NCBI GenBank assembly: GCA_001779235.1
Contig: MFJN01000034.1
Location: 11,202-55,530 of the forward strand
Direction: 5' to 3'
DNA from: Candidatus Gottesmanbacteria bacterium RIFCSPHIGHO2_02_FULL_40_13
GTDB taxonomy: Bacteria > Patescibacteriota > Microgenomatia > 2-02-FULL-39-11
DNA: 44,329 nt
In this document: one piece after another, positions 1 to 9,900 of the stretch
Position numbering within the stretch: position 1 is the stretch's first letter
Layout: each line of letters opens with the position of its first letter
Notes under the pieces: generated by a model
What the model saw: the letters and a program-made list of their open reading frames with translations, nothing else
What the model was told of the DNA's origin: nothing
Databases searched by the model: none
Translations under genes and position numbers: made by a program

Positions 1-123
1 CCGATCAACCCCAAATATGTTTATGTCCAGTATACGGTCAGCCAGGCAGGAGAAGGCACAGGCCCCAAGGATACTTCATCCCTGGACTACCAGACAACCA
101 TATCTTTGAGGAATTACCAGTGA
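1..123 (+). CDS. 3' end of an upstream gene entering the window (partial, 40 aa: ...PINPKYVYVQYTVSQAGEGTGPKDTSSLDYQTTISLRNYQ*)
   Basis: Frame 1 is open from base 1 to TGA at 121-123. Too short to assign a family. Confidence 0.3.
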   Translation, partial: PINPKYVYVQYTVSQAGEGTGPKDTSSLDYQTTISLRNYQ

Positions 124-170
124 ATATTCTAATTTGATTTAATAGTCAAAGTATAATATACTATAGGCTT

Positions 171-3100
171 ATGCCTATAGAAACTGATGCAAGTTTTGGG
201 TTAAAGTCACTGGAAAACCGTGAGCGGAGATCTGAATTGGCAGATGCTATTTTAGCTGAGAAAGACCGCCTTTTAAAAATAGCAGGGCTAAATCAAAATT
301 ATCTGAATGAAGTTCAAAATATCGGGGAACAATACTCATTTTCAGACCCTCAAAAAATTTTAAACGCTGCAAATGAATTAGTTTCTGCTGTTAAAGCCTA
401 TGCGACGATTCACAATCCGAATAATTCCGAAAAGTATTTAGTCGGATTAAATGCAGCAGTTGTTGCCCTGGCTGAGATTCGGATCCTGGGTCCTGAAACC
501 CTATACAAATCTCAGCGGCAACAGCAAGCAGGAGAAGTTAGAAGGGTAGGAATCCAGAAAGAACAGGTGGAAGCCGCATTGGCAATCGAATCCATGGACT
601 CAGCGAAAGTACCAAGTTCGCAGGGTAAAAGCAATACCGCTATACCCATTGCCTCCGTCGTGCGGGCATTATTTACAGGAGAACAGGTTCATATCATGGT
701 GCGGGATCCTCAAGCAAAAAAAAGAGATTCGCAAAATATGAAGCTTCTGACAGAATCTTTAGGTATGAATTTGGGTGTCATAGAGCGGGGTGGAAATCAG
801 GACGAAAAATTATTAAAAAAACAAATTTCTGACCTGATTTTCATCCGGGATATTATCGATTATGCTTCCGGCATATCAGATCATCGAAAAAAGAAATTTA
901 AGGAATTTATCGCAGGACAAATTGACGACTCCGTAAAAAAGTTACATTTTCCCATGATTATTGAGGACGATAAATCACCGGTTGAGAAGGCAGATTCATC
1001 AAAACCGGCAGATATTATTATCGGTGATGACAAAGATTTTGTATTTTCATCAATGACAAGAGATAAAAGATTTATCCGGGAGAAAAGTAATGCAAGTATT
1101 ATTTGTGATGAAGGTGACCTTCCCTGGACTAAAGGCAGCCCCTATGAACTGGAAAATAGAGGCCTGTCTACACTTTCATCATATCTTCCGGAGTGGATTA
1201 CAAACAGCGTTGTTGACGAGGTCTGCCGGGAAATGCAGGATCAGGGGCAAATAATATTAAATAATCACAACGAGTTGGAGTTTGTAGACAGCCGGGGAGA
1301 GGAAACCCATGACATTTACGAGAGACGGTTAAGAAAAAGGCTTGGAGAGGTGACTAAATATGGAAATTTATCCCCGTCCAGCTTAAATGCACTAATAAGC
1401 AGTATAACAACAGAGTACTCCCGTATCATACAAAAGTTAGACGGTATCCCCTTTCCAAATGAGTTCAGGCTAAAGCCCGATAACCTTTTTAAGGATTCTG
1501 CGATGCGAAAACTGGTCAGAAATTTTGCGTATCAGGATGTATCAGCACCTTCAGCCATGCCTGAAGACACTAGTCTGGAGTCTCAAGACCCAATTGCTTT
1601 TTATGATTATGCGTGGTTCACCGCACAGAAGCTTACGCCCGGTATAAACTATTCCCGGTCTGATCAGGAAGTAGTCCTTATCGATCCGGAGACGGGACAT
1701 CCATTGCCCACCCATCAGTATTCCGGTTTGGTCGATATGGCGGTAGATGTGAAGGAAGGCGTATGCAGTTTTAGAGCCAGAAGCGACGAAGTTCTTGATA
1801 GAACAGATTTTCAGATGTTCCTTCAAACCAATTACGGTAAAGGGCACATATCCCTTGTTTCAGCAACACTCGACCATATAAGAGGTGAAGTAGAGGAATT
1901 TACAGGCGGAAAAGTGGCGGAAATCGGTTATTGGATTGGCCGGGAAATGCCGGTTTCTCAAATTGAAATTTCCGGGGATTTTGAAAAAGCTAAAAATAGA
2001 CTTCTCGTATTAGTTCAGGAAGCATCAACATCAGGCAGGCCTGTGGAAATTGTCTGTGACGATGATGAGGAGCTGGGAATTTTAAAACAAATTTTTGATG
2101 AATGGCTTAAAGATAATCCCGAATACCAAGTAAATATGGTTACTTCCAAAAGCAGTTTGGAGTCTGAAGATGAAATATTCGCTCACGCAGGACAATTAAA
2201 CACGATCACTCTTACCAATCCCAGAGGTGGAAGAATGGTGGATATCAAAACATCCCGAGAAACTAACGACGCAGGCGGATTACTGCTGGTTGTCTGGGGA
2301 GCCCTGAAAAATAAGGCGGTTTTACAGCAGGTATTAGCCAGGACAGCCCGAACCGGATCTCCGGGAGAAACACGCTGGATGGTTTATAAACATGGTGGAA
2401 AAGCTGCTCTGGAAAATAATCCCATCGTGAAAAGATATAGGAAACATTTAGATGCATTACAAACACTGCAGGATGGTCAGATGCTTGATTATGATTACAG
2501 CCTGCTGGAGAGTGTTCATGAGCGGAACAATCAGGACGACCGGTCCTTGAGGCTTTTAACCTATGCTTATGACGAAATGAGACAAGCTTTGTATACTGAT
2601 GCCCGTAAAAGCCTGAGGCAGGATATCGGAAGACTTGTGACCCAGGGATATATTGAGGAGTATATTCAGATGAGATGGCACGAGGTAATTGATTTTATAG
2701 CAGACTATTATATCTCACAAGTATCACGGTACAGGATGGATACTCTCGGAGATCTATCTGTAGCCAGAGGAACGGTATTAAGTGATACATATTTCAGAAA
2801 AATGCTGGATAAATATGCCAATACCTTATTAGTTGATTCACATAATTATTATATAAGAGATCCTAAAAGCGGTAAATTACGACCGGGATTTTTAAAACAT
2901 AAAATGCGTCTGGCTCCGGATATAGATACTTATTTACAATTTAAAGAAGAAGAAGAATATAGAAGTATGCTGCAAACGCACCATTTGGGCTTTTTGCCTC
3001 CTGTAAATCTTTTGGAACCCTTACGGGCCGGTTTATATTTCCCCCAAAGTCCGAATAAACTATATATCCTGACAAGATCAATAAATCTTTCTGTTGGCAG

Positions 3101-3305
3101 TCGGGCTAAAACAAGTCCTCACACCAGATACAGTCTGAGAGTTATGTCTTTTGATGACGAAGACCGGTTTGACGGAGACAAGGTGATCACTGTTGCGGAG
3201 AAAGACATCGAAGAATTGTTAAGTCAGGTTTTTTATACACAAAACATAATAAAACAAAAAGCCCTATTTCATGAACTTAGGGAGGCTCACCTGCTGCCTG
3301 CTTGA
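171..3305 (+). CDS. Highly divergent SecA-family (preprotein translocase motor-like) protein, 1044 aa
   Basis: ATG at 171, with TATAAT at 152-157. Collinear matches to SecA motifs as I recall them from E. coli. SSQGKSNTAIPIASVVRALFTGEQVHIMVRDPQAKKRD...LGMNLGVI matches [36 protein letters not shown]...LGLTVGI. KLHFPMIIEDD matches KLHYALVDEVD. DQEVVLIDPETGHPLPTHQYSGLVDMAVDVKEGV matches [34 protein letters not shown] (PPXD). TLTNPRGGRMVDI matches IATNMAGRGTDI. GGLLLVV...LARTARTGSPGETRWMV matches GGLHIIGTERH...LRGRSGRQGDAGSSRFYL. Confidence 0.65.
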   Translation: MPIETDASFGLKSLENRERRSELADAILAEKDRLLKIAGLNQNYLNEVQNIGEQYSFSDPQKILNAANELVSAVKAYATIHNPNNSEKYLVGLNAAVVALAEIRILGPETLYKSQRQQQAGEVRRVGIQKEQVEAALAIESMDSAKVPSSQGKSNTAIPIASVVRALFTGEQVHIMVRDPQAKKRDSQNMKLLTESLGMNLGVIERGGNQDEKLLKKQISDLIFIRDIIDYASGISDHRKKKFKEFIAGQIDDSVKKLHFPMIIEDDKSPVEKADSSKPADIIIGDDKDFVFSSMTRDKRFIREKSNASIICDEGDLPWTKGSPYELENRGLSTLSSYLPEWITNSVVDEVCREMQDQGQIILNNHNELEFVDSRGEETHDIYERRLRKRLGEVTKYGNLSPSSLNALISSITTEYSRIIQKLDGIPFPNEFRLKPDNLFKDSAMRKLVRNFAYQDVSAPSAMPEDTSLESQDPIAFYDYAWFTAQKLTPGINYSRSDQEVVLIDPETGHPLPTHQYSGLVDMAVDVKEGVCSFRARSDEVLDRTDFQMFLQTNYGKGHISLVSATLDHIRGEVEEFTGGKVAEIGYWIGREMPVSQIEISGDFEKAKNRLLVLVQEASTSGRPVEIVCDDDEELGILKQIFDEWLKDNPEYQVNMVTSKSSLESEDEIFAHAGQLNTITLTNPRGGRMVDIKTSRETNDAGGLLLVVWGALKNKAVLQQVLARTARTGSPGETRWMVYKHGGKAALENNPIVKRYRKHLDALQTLQDGQMLDYDYSLLESVHERNNQDDRSLRLLTYAYDEMRQALYTDARKSLRQDIGRLVTQGYIEEYIQMRWHEVIDFIADYYISQVSRYRMDTLGDLSVARGTVLSDTYFRKMLDKYANTLLVDSHNYYIRDPKSGKLRPGFLKHKMRLAPDIDTYLQFKEEEEYRSMLQTHHLGFLPPVNLLEPLRAGLYFPQSPNKLYILTRSINLSVGSRAKTSPHTRYSLRVMSFDDEDRFDGDKVITVAEKDIEELLSQVFYTQNIIKQKALFHELREAHLLPA

Positions 3306-3557
3306 ACTTACGGAAAAGGGGACGGTTCTCTTTTTATACGAGGTGCAACCTCGTTAAAAACCTCGTTTAAAAAAGCCAGAGAGCTAAAGGAAGCGATTGA
3401 GATGTTGATAAAACCTTACCGGTCTTGACAAAACTATAGGCGATGTTACGACATTAAAATGATGTCAAATCTATCAAGGGTAAACCCTAAAAGCGGATGT
3501 TTCTATATTGCAATAATAGGAAGTTATCATTTTGCACTAACAGGGGAAGACTCAGTC

Positions 3558-3586
3558 TTTACGTAAGACCTATAGCATGATATAAT
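3558..3586 (+). promoter_or_regulatory. Sigma70-like promoter directly abutting the ORF start (leaderless-type)
   Basis: -35 TTTACG (3558-3563), 17-nt spacer containing TG at 3578-3579, -10 TATAAT (3581-3586), then 6 nt (aaatca) and ATG at 3593. No Shine-Dalgarno. A near-palindrome gtctt-tacgt-aagac (3555-3569) overlaps the -35. Confidence 0.5.
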
Positions 3587-3592
3587 AAATCA

Positions 3593-6187
3593 ATGGTAGC
3601 AATTAATGCTATTGAAAACGGTACTACTGCACCAGGGTCTATAATAACAGATATTGCACGTAGTCCTATTGTTGGTTTGGAGGCCTCACATTCTGCTCCA
3701 AATCTAGTAGTTAATTCACACGCATACAATAGAGGAGACGGGTTAAATTCTCCTTTAAACCCCCAGGGAATTGTATTTGAAGGCTTTCAAACCCCGTATC
3801 AAGAAATGAGAAATGCCGCATCCGAAGTCTTACGGGATATGGGTATCAAACATAAAATAGAAAGAGAAGAAATGCTTCGAAGTTTTGATAGATTGCGCGA
3901 GGGAGACGAGAAAGCTGTTGAGGATTTTCAGGCAACGCTTAGCGATTTTCAGGACGGGGTTGTGGATCCGATACTAAAGGGATTGCACGAGGCCGTCAAA
4001 TTTGTAGATGAACAGGCTTTAAATATATTGACTGGGACAGAAATAGGTATAGGAGCGGCAATGGCTGGTTATTTAGCGGTAGATTATCTAAGACGAAGAC
4101 ATGATTTTTCTAGAGTTAAACGTGTGCTAAAACATGATGGGAGTAGAACTGGTTCTTTTCTAAAAGCTTTAGGTATATTAGCAGGATTTAGTGGAATTTT
4201 AGCAGGGTGTACGGGTTTGGTATGGGCTACAACAACTCTAACAGCAGAAGCTCCTCCGACTGCCTCATCTACTCTTCCACCTCCGCAGATAAAAGTAACA
4301 CATAATGCGCCACCTTCCGCCCCGCCTTCGGAGACCCCTTCACCCGTCCCTCCGGAAGATACGCCAATGCCTGAGACAGTAAACGAAGCATCGTATAACG
4401 CTCATGCTCTTTTGGATACCATCCCTGAAGAAAATCATATAGGAAACATTATTTCTAAAGAAAGTATGTCTAGACTTGCAGATGGAAGGGATACACTTAC
4501 CGGCTGGTCTCAAGATGCAGCAAAAGCAAAACTGGCAGAAATGCAGAGTGTTTTAGATAATTTAAATCCAGAATTGGTAAAAGATGAAGCAATTTTTGCA
4601 AAAACTGTATATCTAGTATTGTCAAAAGATGGTAAATATAATTTTATAATTCTGGTAAACGATACAGTTCCAGAGGGAACTATTGCGGGAGATACGTTGT
4701 GGCATTCAGCAACCATGGATGATACTGGTAAAGTAATATTTAGTTTCCAACCAAATGCCAACATGGGTCTTGGTGTTAATAGATTTGGTAATTGGGTTGG
4801 GCCCGGGGGGATAGATGGTAAGGAAACATTTCTTAAGGCAGTTGATCTGACTCCTGTGGGAGGCATCCAAGGACTGCTTGATGGCCGCGGAAGGATTGTT
4901 TTCGATGGTAACGGAATCGCCTATATTGTGGCGCTAAATAAAGATGGACAGGTAACGCAGGTATTTGATGCAGCATCAGGCAGCTGGCTGCCGTCAGAGA
5001 TAGTATTTGTCCCTGAGCCGGTGGCAACTCTCACCAATGAGCAGATTGTTTCCATGGATGATGGGCAAATATTACAGCAAGCGCCACAATTAAATTCAAC
5101 GGAATATCAATTTGATACAGAATTTCCTCTGGTTGCGGATGAGGTGATAAGAGGCGGTGAAGGGGCAAATTACGTGGTTTATAAAGATGAAACAGGCAAT
5201 TACCACCTGGTCTGGAATATAGAGACAGGTGAGGTAAATCACGCGATTTATGCCCCAGCCTATGAAGGTGAAATTGGAGGGGAAGTCCATAAGGGAATAC
5301 CGCTTCTGGTGCTTACAGACAATTCAGTTCTTAAGCCGGAAAACGGCGGGGGCTGGTTTGGTTTAAATCCCGATTACACAGACGCGCAAGCCCGCATAGC
5401 CGAAGCATTTCAGATAGCCTTGGGCATGAGGTATTGGGATTCTAAAATAAAACCGGCCGATAATTTCCCATTTAGCCACGGATTACCGGATTTCAAAGAC
5501 GTCCCCGGTTATGAGACTTTAAAGCAGGAATTAGAGAGATATTTTTCTCCTCCAAATCATGCACCTATACCGCATGAAACTCCAAAATATTTGAGAGTCA
5601 AAATTGCAAATTATTTGAGAGATAAATTTTTGCTGGATTTAAAAACAGCCAAAGAAGAAGGTATGCCTTTTCTAGTCCGCATGAAGGATAAGGGCAGAAC
5701 ATACGCGGATCTGGCAGGTATAAATACCTTTATCATTGATTTTACCGACAGCGGGAAGATGACCTTTCTAGGCGATAACCAGAGAAGGTCTGAAAGTTTG
5801 CTTGCTTATAACAAAATAAGCTACTATTTTATTAGTGCACTAACAGCACCTGGCAGTTTCAGATTAACAGTTGATAATTGGAAATATGACTATAATACCA
5901 ACAGATGGTTTGGCGGTGAGTTTTTAGCTTTACTCAGGTATGCTTTCGCAGGTCAGTATTATGCTGCAGGTGGATATGAACTCGGTCGAAAGTGGGTTCA
6001 AGAATCAAGCAGTGATTTTACACATCAAATCGCAGCCGAAATGCTCTCGGATAAGGTCGTTGCAGATAATCCTGAATTAGCGGAAATATTAGATGATTAT
6101 GCCTTAAGTTACCCGTTTTTATGGTGGGTAGGATACCCGCCTGACTGGTTTACCAACAGCTCGGCAGTACAATTTGTGAAGCCGTAA
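3593..6187 (+). CDS. Large membrane-anchored protein of unknown family (864 aa): about 190-aa N-terminal cytoplasmic part, TM, Pro-rich stalk, about 600-aa ectodomain
   Basis: Long ORF. Strongly hydrophobic segment FLKALGILAGFSGILAGCTGLVWATTTL, followed by APPTASSTLPPPQIKVTHNAPPSAPPSETPSPVPPEDTPMPE. I recognise no catalytic motif. Confidence 0.8.
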   Translation: MVAINAIENGTTAPGSIITDIARSPIVGLEASHSAPNLVVNSHAYNRGDGLNSPLNPQGIVFEGFQTPYQEMRNAASEVLRDMGIKHKIEREEMLRSFDRLREGDEKAVEDFQATLSDFQDGVVDPILKGLHEAVKFVDEQALNILTGTEIGIGAAMAGYLAVDYLRRRHDFSRVKRVLKHDGSRTGSFLKALGILAGFSGILAGCTGLVWATTTLTAEAPPTASSTLPPPQIKVTHNAPPSAPPSETPSPVPPEDTPMPETVNEASYNAHALLDTIPEENHIGNIISKESMSRLADGRDTLTGWSQDAAKAKLAEMQSVLDNLNPELVKDEAIFAKTVYLVLSKDGKYNFIILVNDTVPEGTIAGDTLWHSATMDDTGKVIFSFQPNANMGLGVNRFGNWVGPGGIDGKETFLKAVDLTPVGGIQGLLDGRGRIVFDGNGIAYIVALNKDGQVTQVFDAASGSWLPSEIVFVPEPVATLTNEQIVSMDDGQILQQAPQLNSTEYQFDTEFPLVADEVIRGGEGANYVVYKDETGNYHLVWNIETGEVNHAIYAPAYEGEIGGEVHKGIPLLVLTDNSVLKPENGGGWFGLNPDYTDAQARIAEAFQIALGMRYWDSKIKPADNFPFSHGLPDFKDVPGYETLKQELERYFSPPNHAPIPHETPKYLRVKIANYLRDKFLLDLKTAKEEGMPFLVRMKDKGRTYADLAGINTFIIDFTDSGKMTFLGDNQRRSESLLAYNKISYYFISALTAPGSFRLTVDNWKYDYNTNRWFGGEFLALLRYAFAGQYYAAGGYELGRKWVQESSSDFTHQIAAEMLSDKVVADNPELAEILDDYALSYPFLWWVGYPPDWFTNSSAVQFVKP

Positions 6188-6254
6188 TCGTAAACAAGCT
6201 GGAAAAAGATCCCCCGAATTTAGCCCAAAAAATACTGTAACAGTCTAGCCTCAA

Positions 6255-6316
6255 GAAGTATTGTCATCGCGAGGGATGTACCGGAGAAGTATTGTCATCG
6301 CGAGGGATGTACCGGA
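6255..6316 (+). repeat. Perfect tandem duplication of a 31-bp unit (gaagtattgtcatcgcgagggatgtaccgga x2) ending in a hairpin-forming element
   Basis: Unit 1 at 6255-6285 is identical to unit 2 at 6286-6316. Copy 2 continues into the inverted repeat cgcgagggatgtaccg / cggtacgtcctgtggcg (to about 6334). It shares the motif tgtcatYgcgagg with the element at 34862-34880 on the opposite strand. Confidence 0.9.
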
Positions 6317-6359
6317 CGGTACGTCCTGTGGCGATCCCGTTGGATTTTACTCCTTCATC

Positions 6360-6388
6360 TTGACCTCACCTTTAAAATATGGTTTCAT
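6360..6388 (+). promoter_or_regulatory. Promoter abutting ORF 6395 (leaderless-type)
   Basis: -35 TTGACC (6360-6365), 17-nt spacer ending in TGg, weak -10 TTTCAT (6383-6388), 6 nt (agtaat), then ATG at 6395. Confidence 0.4.
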
Positions 6389-6394
6389 AGTAAT

Positions 6395-6922
6395 ATGAGA
6401 CGAAAATCGGCAATAATCTTTGCCTTCATGCTTCTGGTCACCTCAATACTTGCGTATTTTTATTTTAGGGGAACCTGGTCGAACTGTACTATATCAGTGA
6501 AGTCGGATAAAAATGCACCATATGTAAAGATTGCAGACCGGGATAAATGGCTGGATTTTATAGGCAAATTGGCAGAGTGCCAGGACGGATTTTATCAGGC
6601 ATACAGTGAAAAAGAGCACCTGTTTATTCCGGTCAGGCGTGTAGAGTTTGCGATAGTAAAAGATAGCCAGACAGTGACTTTGAAAGATGCTAGCGGAGCG
6701 CTGTACAGCCGGACTATCGCCATCGACAGGGCGAAAAAACAGGCTGTGGTTTACATCAATATACCTGCGTCTGACCTGGAAAAGTTTAAAAAATATCTGC
6801 ATACAGCCGTATTTCTGAATGCTTACCTGTTATTTCGGGGAAATCCCTATAATACCTACGAGCCTGCGTTAGCGCCATATAAGGATCTGGATGCGCTCGG
6901 CATCTCATATGAAAAGCCGTAA
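6395..6922 (+). CDS. Small N-terminally membrane-anchored/secreted protein, unknown family (175 aa)
   Basis: ATG start. N-terminal MRRKSAIIFAFMLLVTSILAYFYF hydrophobic segment. Its stop (6920-6922) overlaps the next gene's ATG (6909) by 14 nt, suggesting an operon. Confidence 0.7.
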   Translation: MRRKSAIIFAFMLLVTSILAYFYFRGTWSNCTISVKSDKNAPYVKIADRDKWLDFIGKLAECQDGFYQAYSEKEHLFIPVRRVEFAIVKDSQTVTLKDASGALYSRTIAIDRAKKQAVVYINIPASDLEKFKKYLHTAVFLNAYLLFRGNPYNTYEPALAPYKDLDALGISYEKP

Positions 6923-9900
6923 ACCGATACAGGTTTTATTGTTAATTTCAATTTTTATCAGTCTGGGTTTGATTTTTTTGCTAAATCCGCCAAAAACTTC
7001 TGCTCAATCCTGCGGAGGGTATTGGAACTGCTGTATTGGGGGGCTTTGCTGCGATCCGCCTCAATGTACAAGTTATACATGCCATAGTGATTTTCAAGAC
7101 TCCTGTTCAGGAACCACTCAATCCGCATGCGAAGATACCGGTAGCAACAGCTACCCTGACTGTTCTGAGAACGGATACAGTCGATGCGATAATGACCCTA
7201 GCTACGAGCCTGGCGGAGGGCCTGGGTGTACGTGGGATCCTGGTGGGGGTGGTGGCGCTACGAATACTCCAGCAGGCGCCTGGTGTACCGGCGGACATGA
7301 AGATTGTGTTGGCGGAGATCCTGGTGATTCTTGCGGGAACGGCGGCACCTGTCAGGACAATAACAGCGATCACAATTGCGGTTGTGCCGGTGAAACCGTC
7401 CCTACTGATACTCCCACCCCAACACCTACACCTATCTGCCCCTCTATTGGTTCTGTCTCTCCTTCTTCTATTACCAGTGGTACCACTGTTGATATTGCAG
7501 TTACTTACACCGATTTATCAGGCGGGTCAAATATAGATCGGGGTTACCTTGGTTTTAACGGCTGTACCCTGGACCCGGGGGAAGCCTACAACAGCAATTT
7601 TGAGCGGGAACTTGCTAATTATATGGGTATGTTCTATGCTGCCTCAGCAAACTGGGGTGGGGTGGGAACCAATGGAACTGGAGGAGCCTGTTCGCTAGGC
7701 AGCTATGGTGATGACCCCTGGGGATATTTCGGCGGAACAACTATTGGATTTGATAACGCAAATAGCAATTTAACTGTCAATACTGTTTCTACATCAGTTT
7801 CCGGTAATAATCGCACATTCACCTGGAATGTAACTTTGCAAAATAATTTTCCCGCAGGTTCTTATAGTTATTATGGTATGGTTCGGGATGCAGATAATAA
7901 CTACCAAGGTTGCGGTGGAGCCAGATGGACGAAACTTAACTCTCTTCAGGTTATTACTCCCACTCCTACCATTACCCCCACTCGTACACCTACCCCCACC
8001 CGTACCCCTACTCCAACCATTACTCTCACCCCTACTCCAACCATTACTCTCACCCCCACCCGTACGCCTACTCCTTATGTGAATGCTTACTTCAGAAATT
8101 CTGCGGGTTTAACTGTCACTGCCAATGCAGGAGCATATTTCTGGAATGGGGGAAATCGTGTAGATCCCCAATTTAACATATCCGAATATCTTCATCACGC
8201 GAACTATTCTTGGCATACAGAAAAAGGTGTTGGTGTGGATCCGGCAGGAAGTGATATAGTAATTGGTATTACTCCGTCACCTTTAACAGGTACATTGTCC
8301 AATTATACTAATGGAAGTGAATATTGGTGGAGATATCTGTGGCCGTCCTGGAATACCGCAGAACATTCTATTACCTTTATCATTGCATCCCCAACTCCTA
8401 CTCCTACCCCCACCCGTACCCCTACTCCAACCATTACTCCCACCCCTACTCCAACCATTACTCTAACCCCTACAGTTACTCCAACCGTTACTCCCACTCC
8501 CACCCTGACCCCGACCCCGACTTTTTATAATCTTTACGGCTGGATTTATACGGAAACAAACAACGCGGTCGTCAGAAGTGAGGAAGCTTCGGAAGGATTG
8601 CTTCCCGGTTATACCGTGGATCTGACAGGCGACGAAGAGCGTACAACTATCTCACAAGGCTCACCGATTGCCGGATTTCTGGCTAATTACATCTTTACTC
8701 CTCTTTATAATGGTACTTATGAGGTTCAGATGCCTATAACTCCAACCGATTCAGTGCTTTTCCCGAGATATACAAATCCTAAAATAGCGATTATAGCCGG
8801 TGGAGATGTTATTGCTGACTTTCCTTTTATCACGATTACGCCATACCTGAGTCCTACCTCCACGCCTACCGCCACGCCTACTTCTACTCCGCCTCCAATC
8901 ACCCCTACTCCTACTTCTTTATGGTCACCGACCCCGACTGTCGGGTCCGGAACCCCTACTCCTACTTCATATCCATGCCAGACACTGCCTACACCTATTC
9001 TGAACGCACCTTCGCATCTTTTATGTACCAATATCAAACCGGCTTTTTCAGCCTATGTATCAAATCCCAATAACGATAATGTCTGGGCACATTTCTACAG
9101 CAATTATTATGAAACATTCAGCAGAACAGGATCGGTAGTAAGCCCCTCCGGAGGAAATAGTATCTGGACGCCGGACGGATCTGTGCTGAACACTACCGGA
9201 GGCTACTGGTGGACGGCTTATACGGAAAGTTCTTCCTGTCCGCGCTCATTTGATGCCCCCGCCAACCTGCTGAATATGGATTATACTCCTCCGCCCAAGC
9301 CCCAGGCTCCCGTCTGTACTATTACTGACCCGAATTTATATTCCGGCCTATGCGCATTGCATTGTGAATGGGAGGCTGATCCGGAGCCGGTTCCTCCTAC
9401 ACCGACTCCTCCTTCCTGCAGTGATACCGGTGATTATCACCCTATTTTCAGATCTTACGGAGGTCCGGGAGTTGTAGATCCTCCAGGCTGGATCGGAAAT
9501 GTATTATTTGTGGATGTTGAGGCTGAGGCTGGGCAGGAATTGTATGCGAGTGTGGAGGCCAGGGACGGCCTTGGCAACACATCATTGCCTTCAGATGAGG
9601 CCGGCCCGTATACGTGTGAGGAAATCATCTTTCCCGTATCTCCTACTCCCGGCGGACCGACCCTGACCCCCACCGGTAGCCCTCCGCCGACAGCTACTCT
9701 CACACCGTCAATCACGCCTGTCCCGTCTCCGGAAATCTGGTCGCAGGTTTTCGGCGGAGACGTCTATGAACCATCACTTCTGCAAAGTAATCTTCCCTCA
9801 GGAAAATATTATTTAGATGACATATCACTTTTATTCCCTAATAGCGCCGGAGTGCTGTGGTCGGGTTCCGGCGCAGGTGATTTCGGATACGGTACCTCTT

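Noticed and set aside
3306-3557. Intergenic region after the SecA-like gene: hairpin acgaggt-gca-acctcgt (3340-3356) and TTGACA at 3426-3431, considered as a terminator and a promoter/ncRNA
   Set aside because: The hairpin is followed by A-rich rather than T-rich sequence. TTGACA has no acceptable -10 at 16-19 nt. I could not support any RNA gene here.
7036-9715. Multiple alternative-frame and antisense ORFs inside the giant gene (7036-7536+, 7107-7373-, 7873-8082+, 8303-8503-, 8324-8530+, 8726-9037-, 9455-9715-)
   Set aside because: They translate to low-complexity VGVGV, PLLPL or HPYSY strings. These are the expected shadows of ACN/CCN-rich Thr-Pro linker coding sequence, and they are fully nested in a long coherent ORF.
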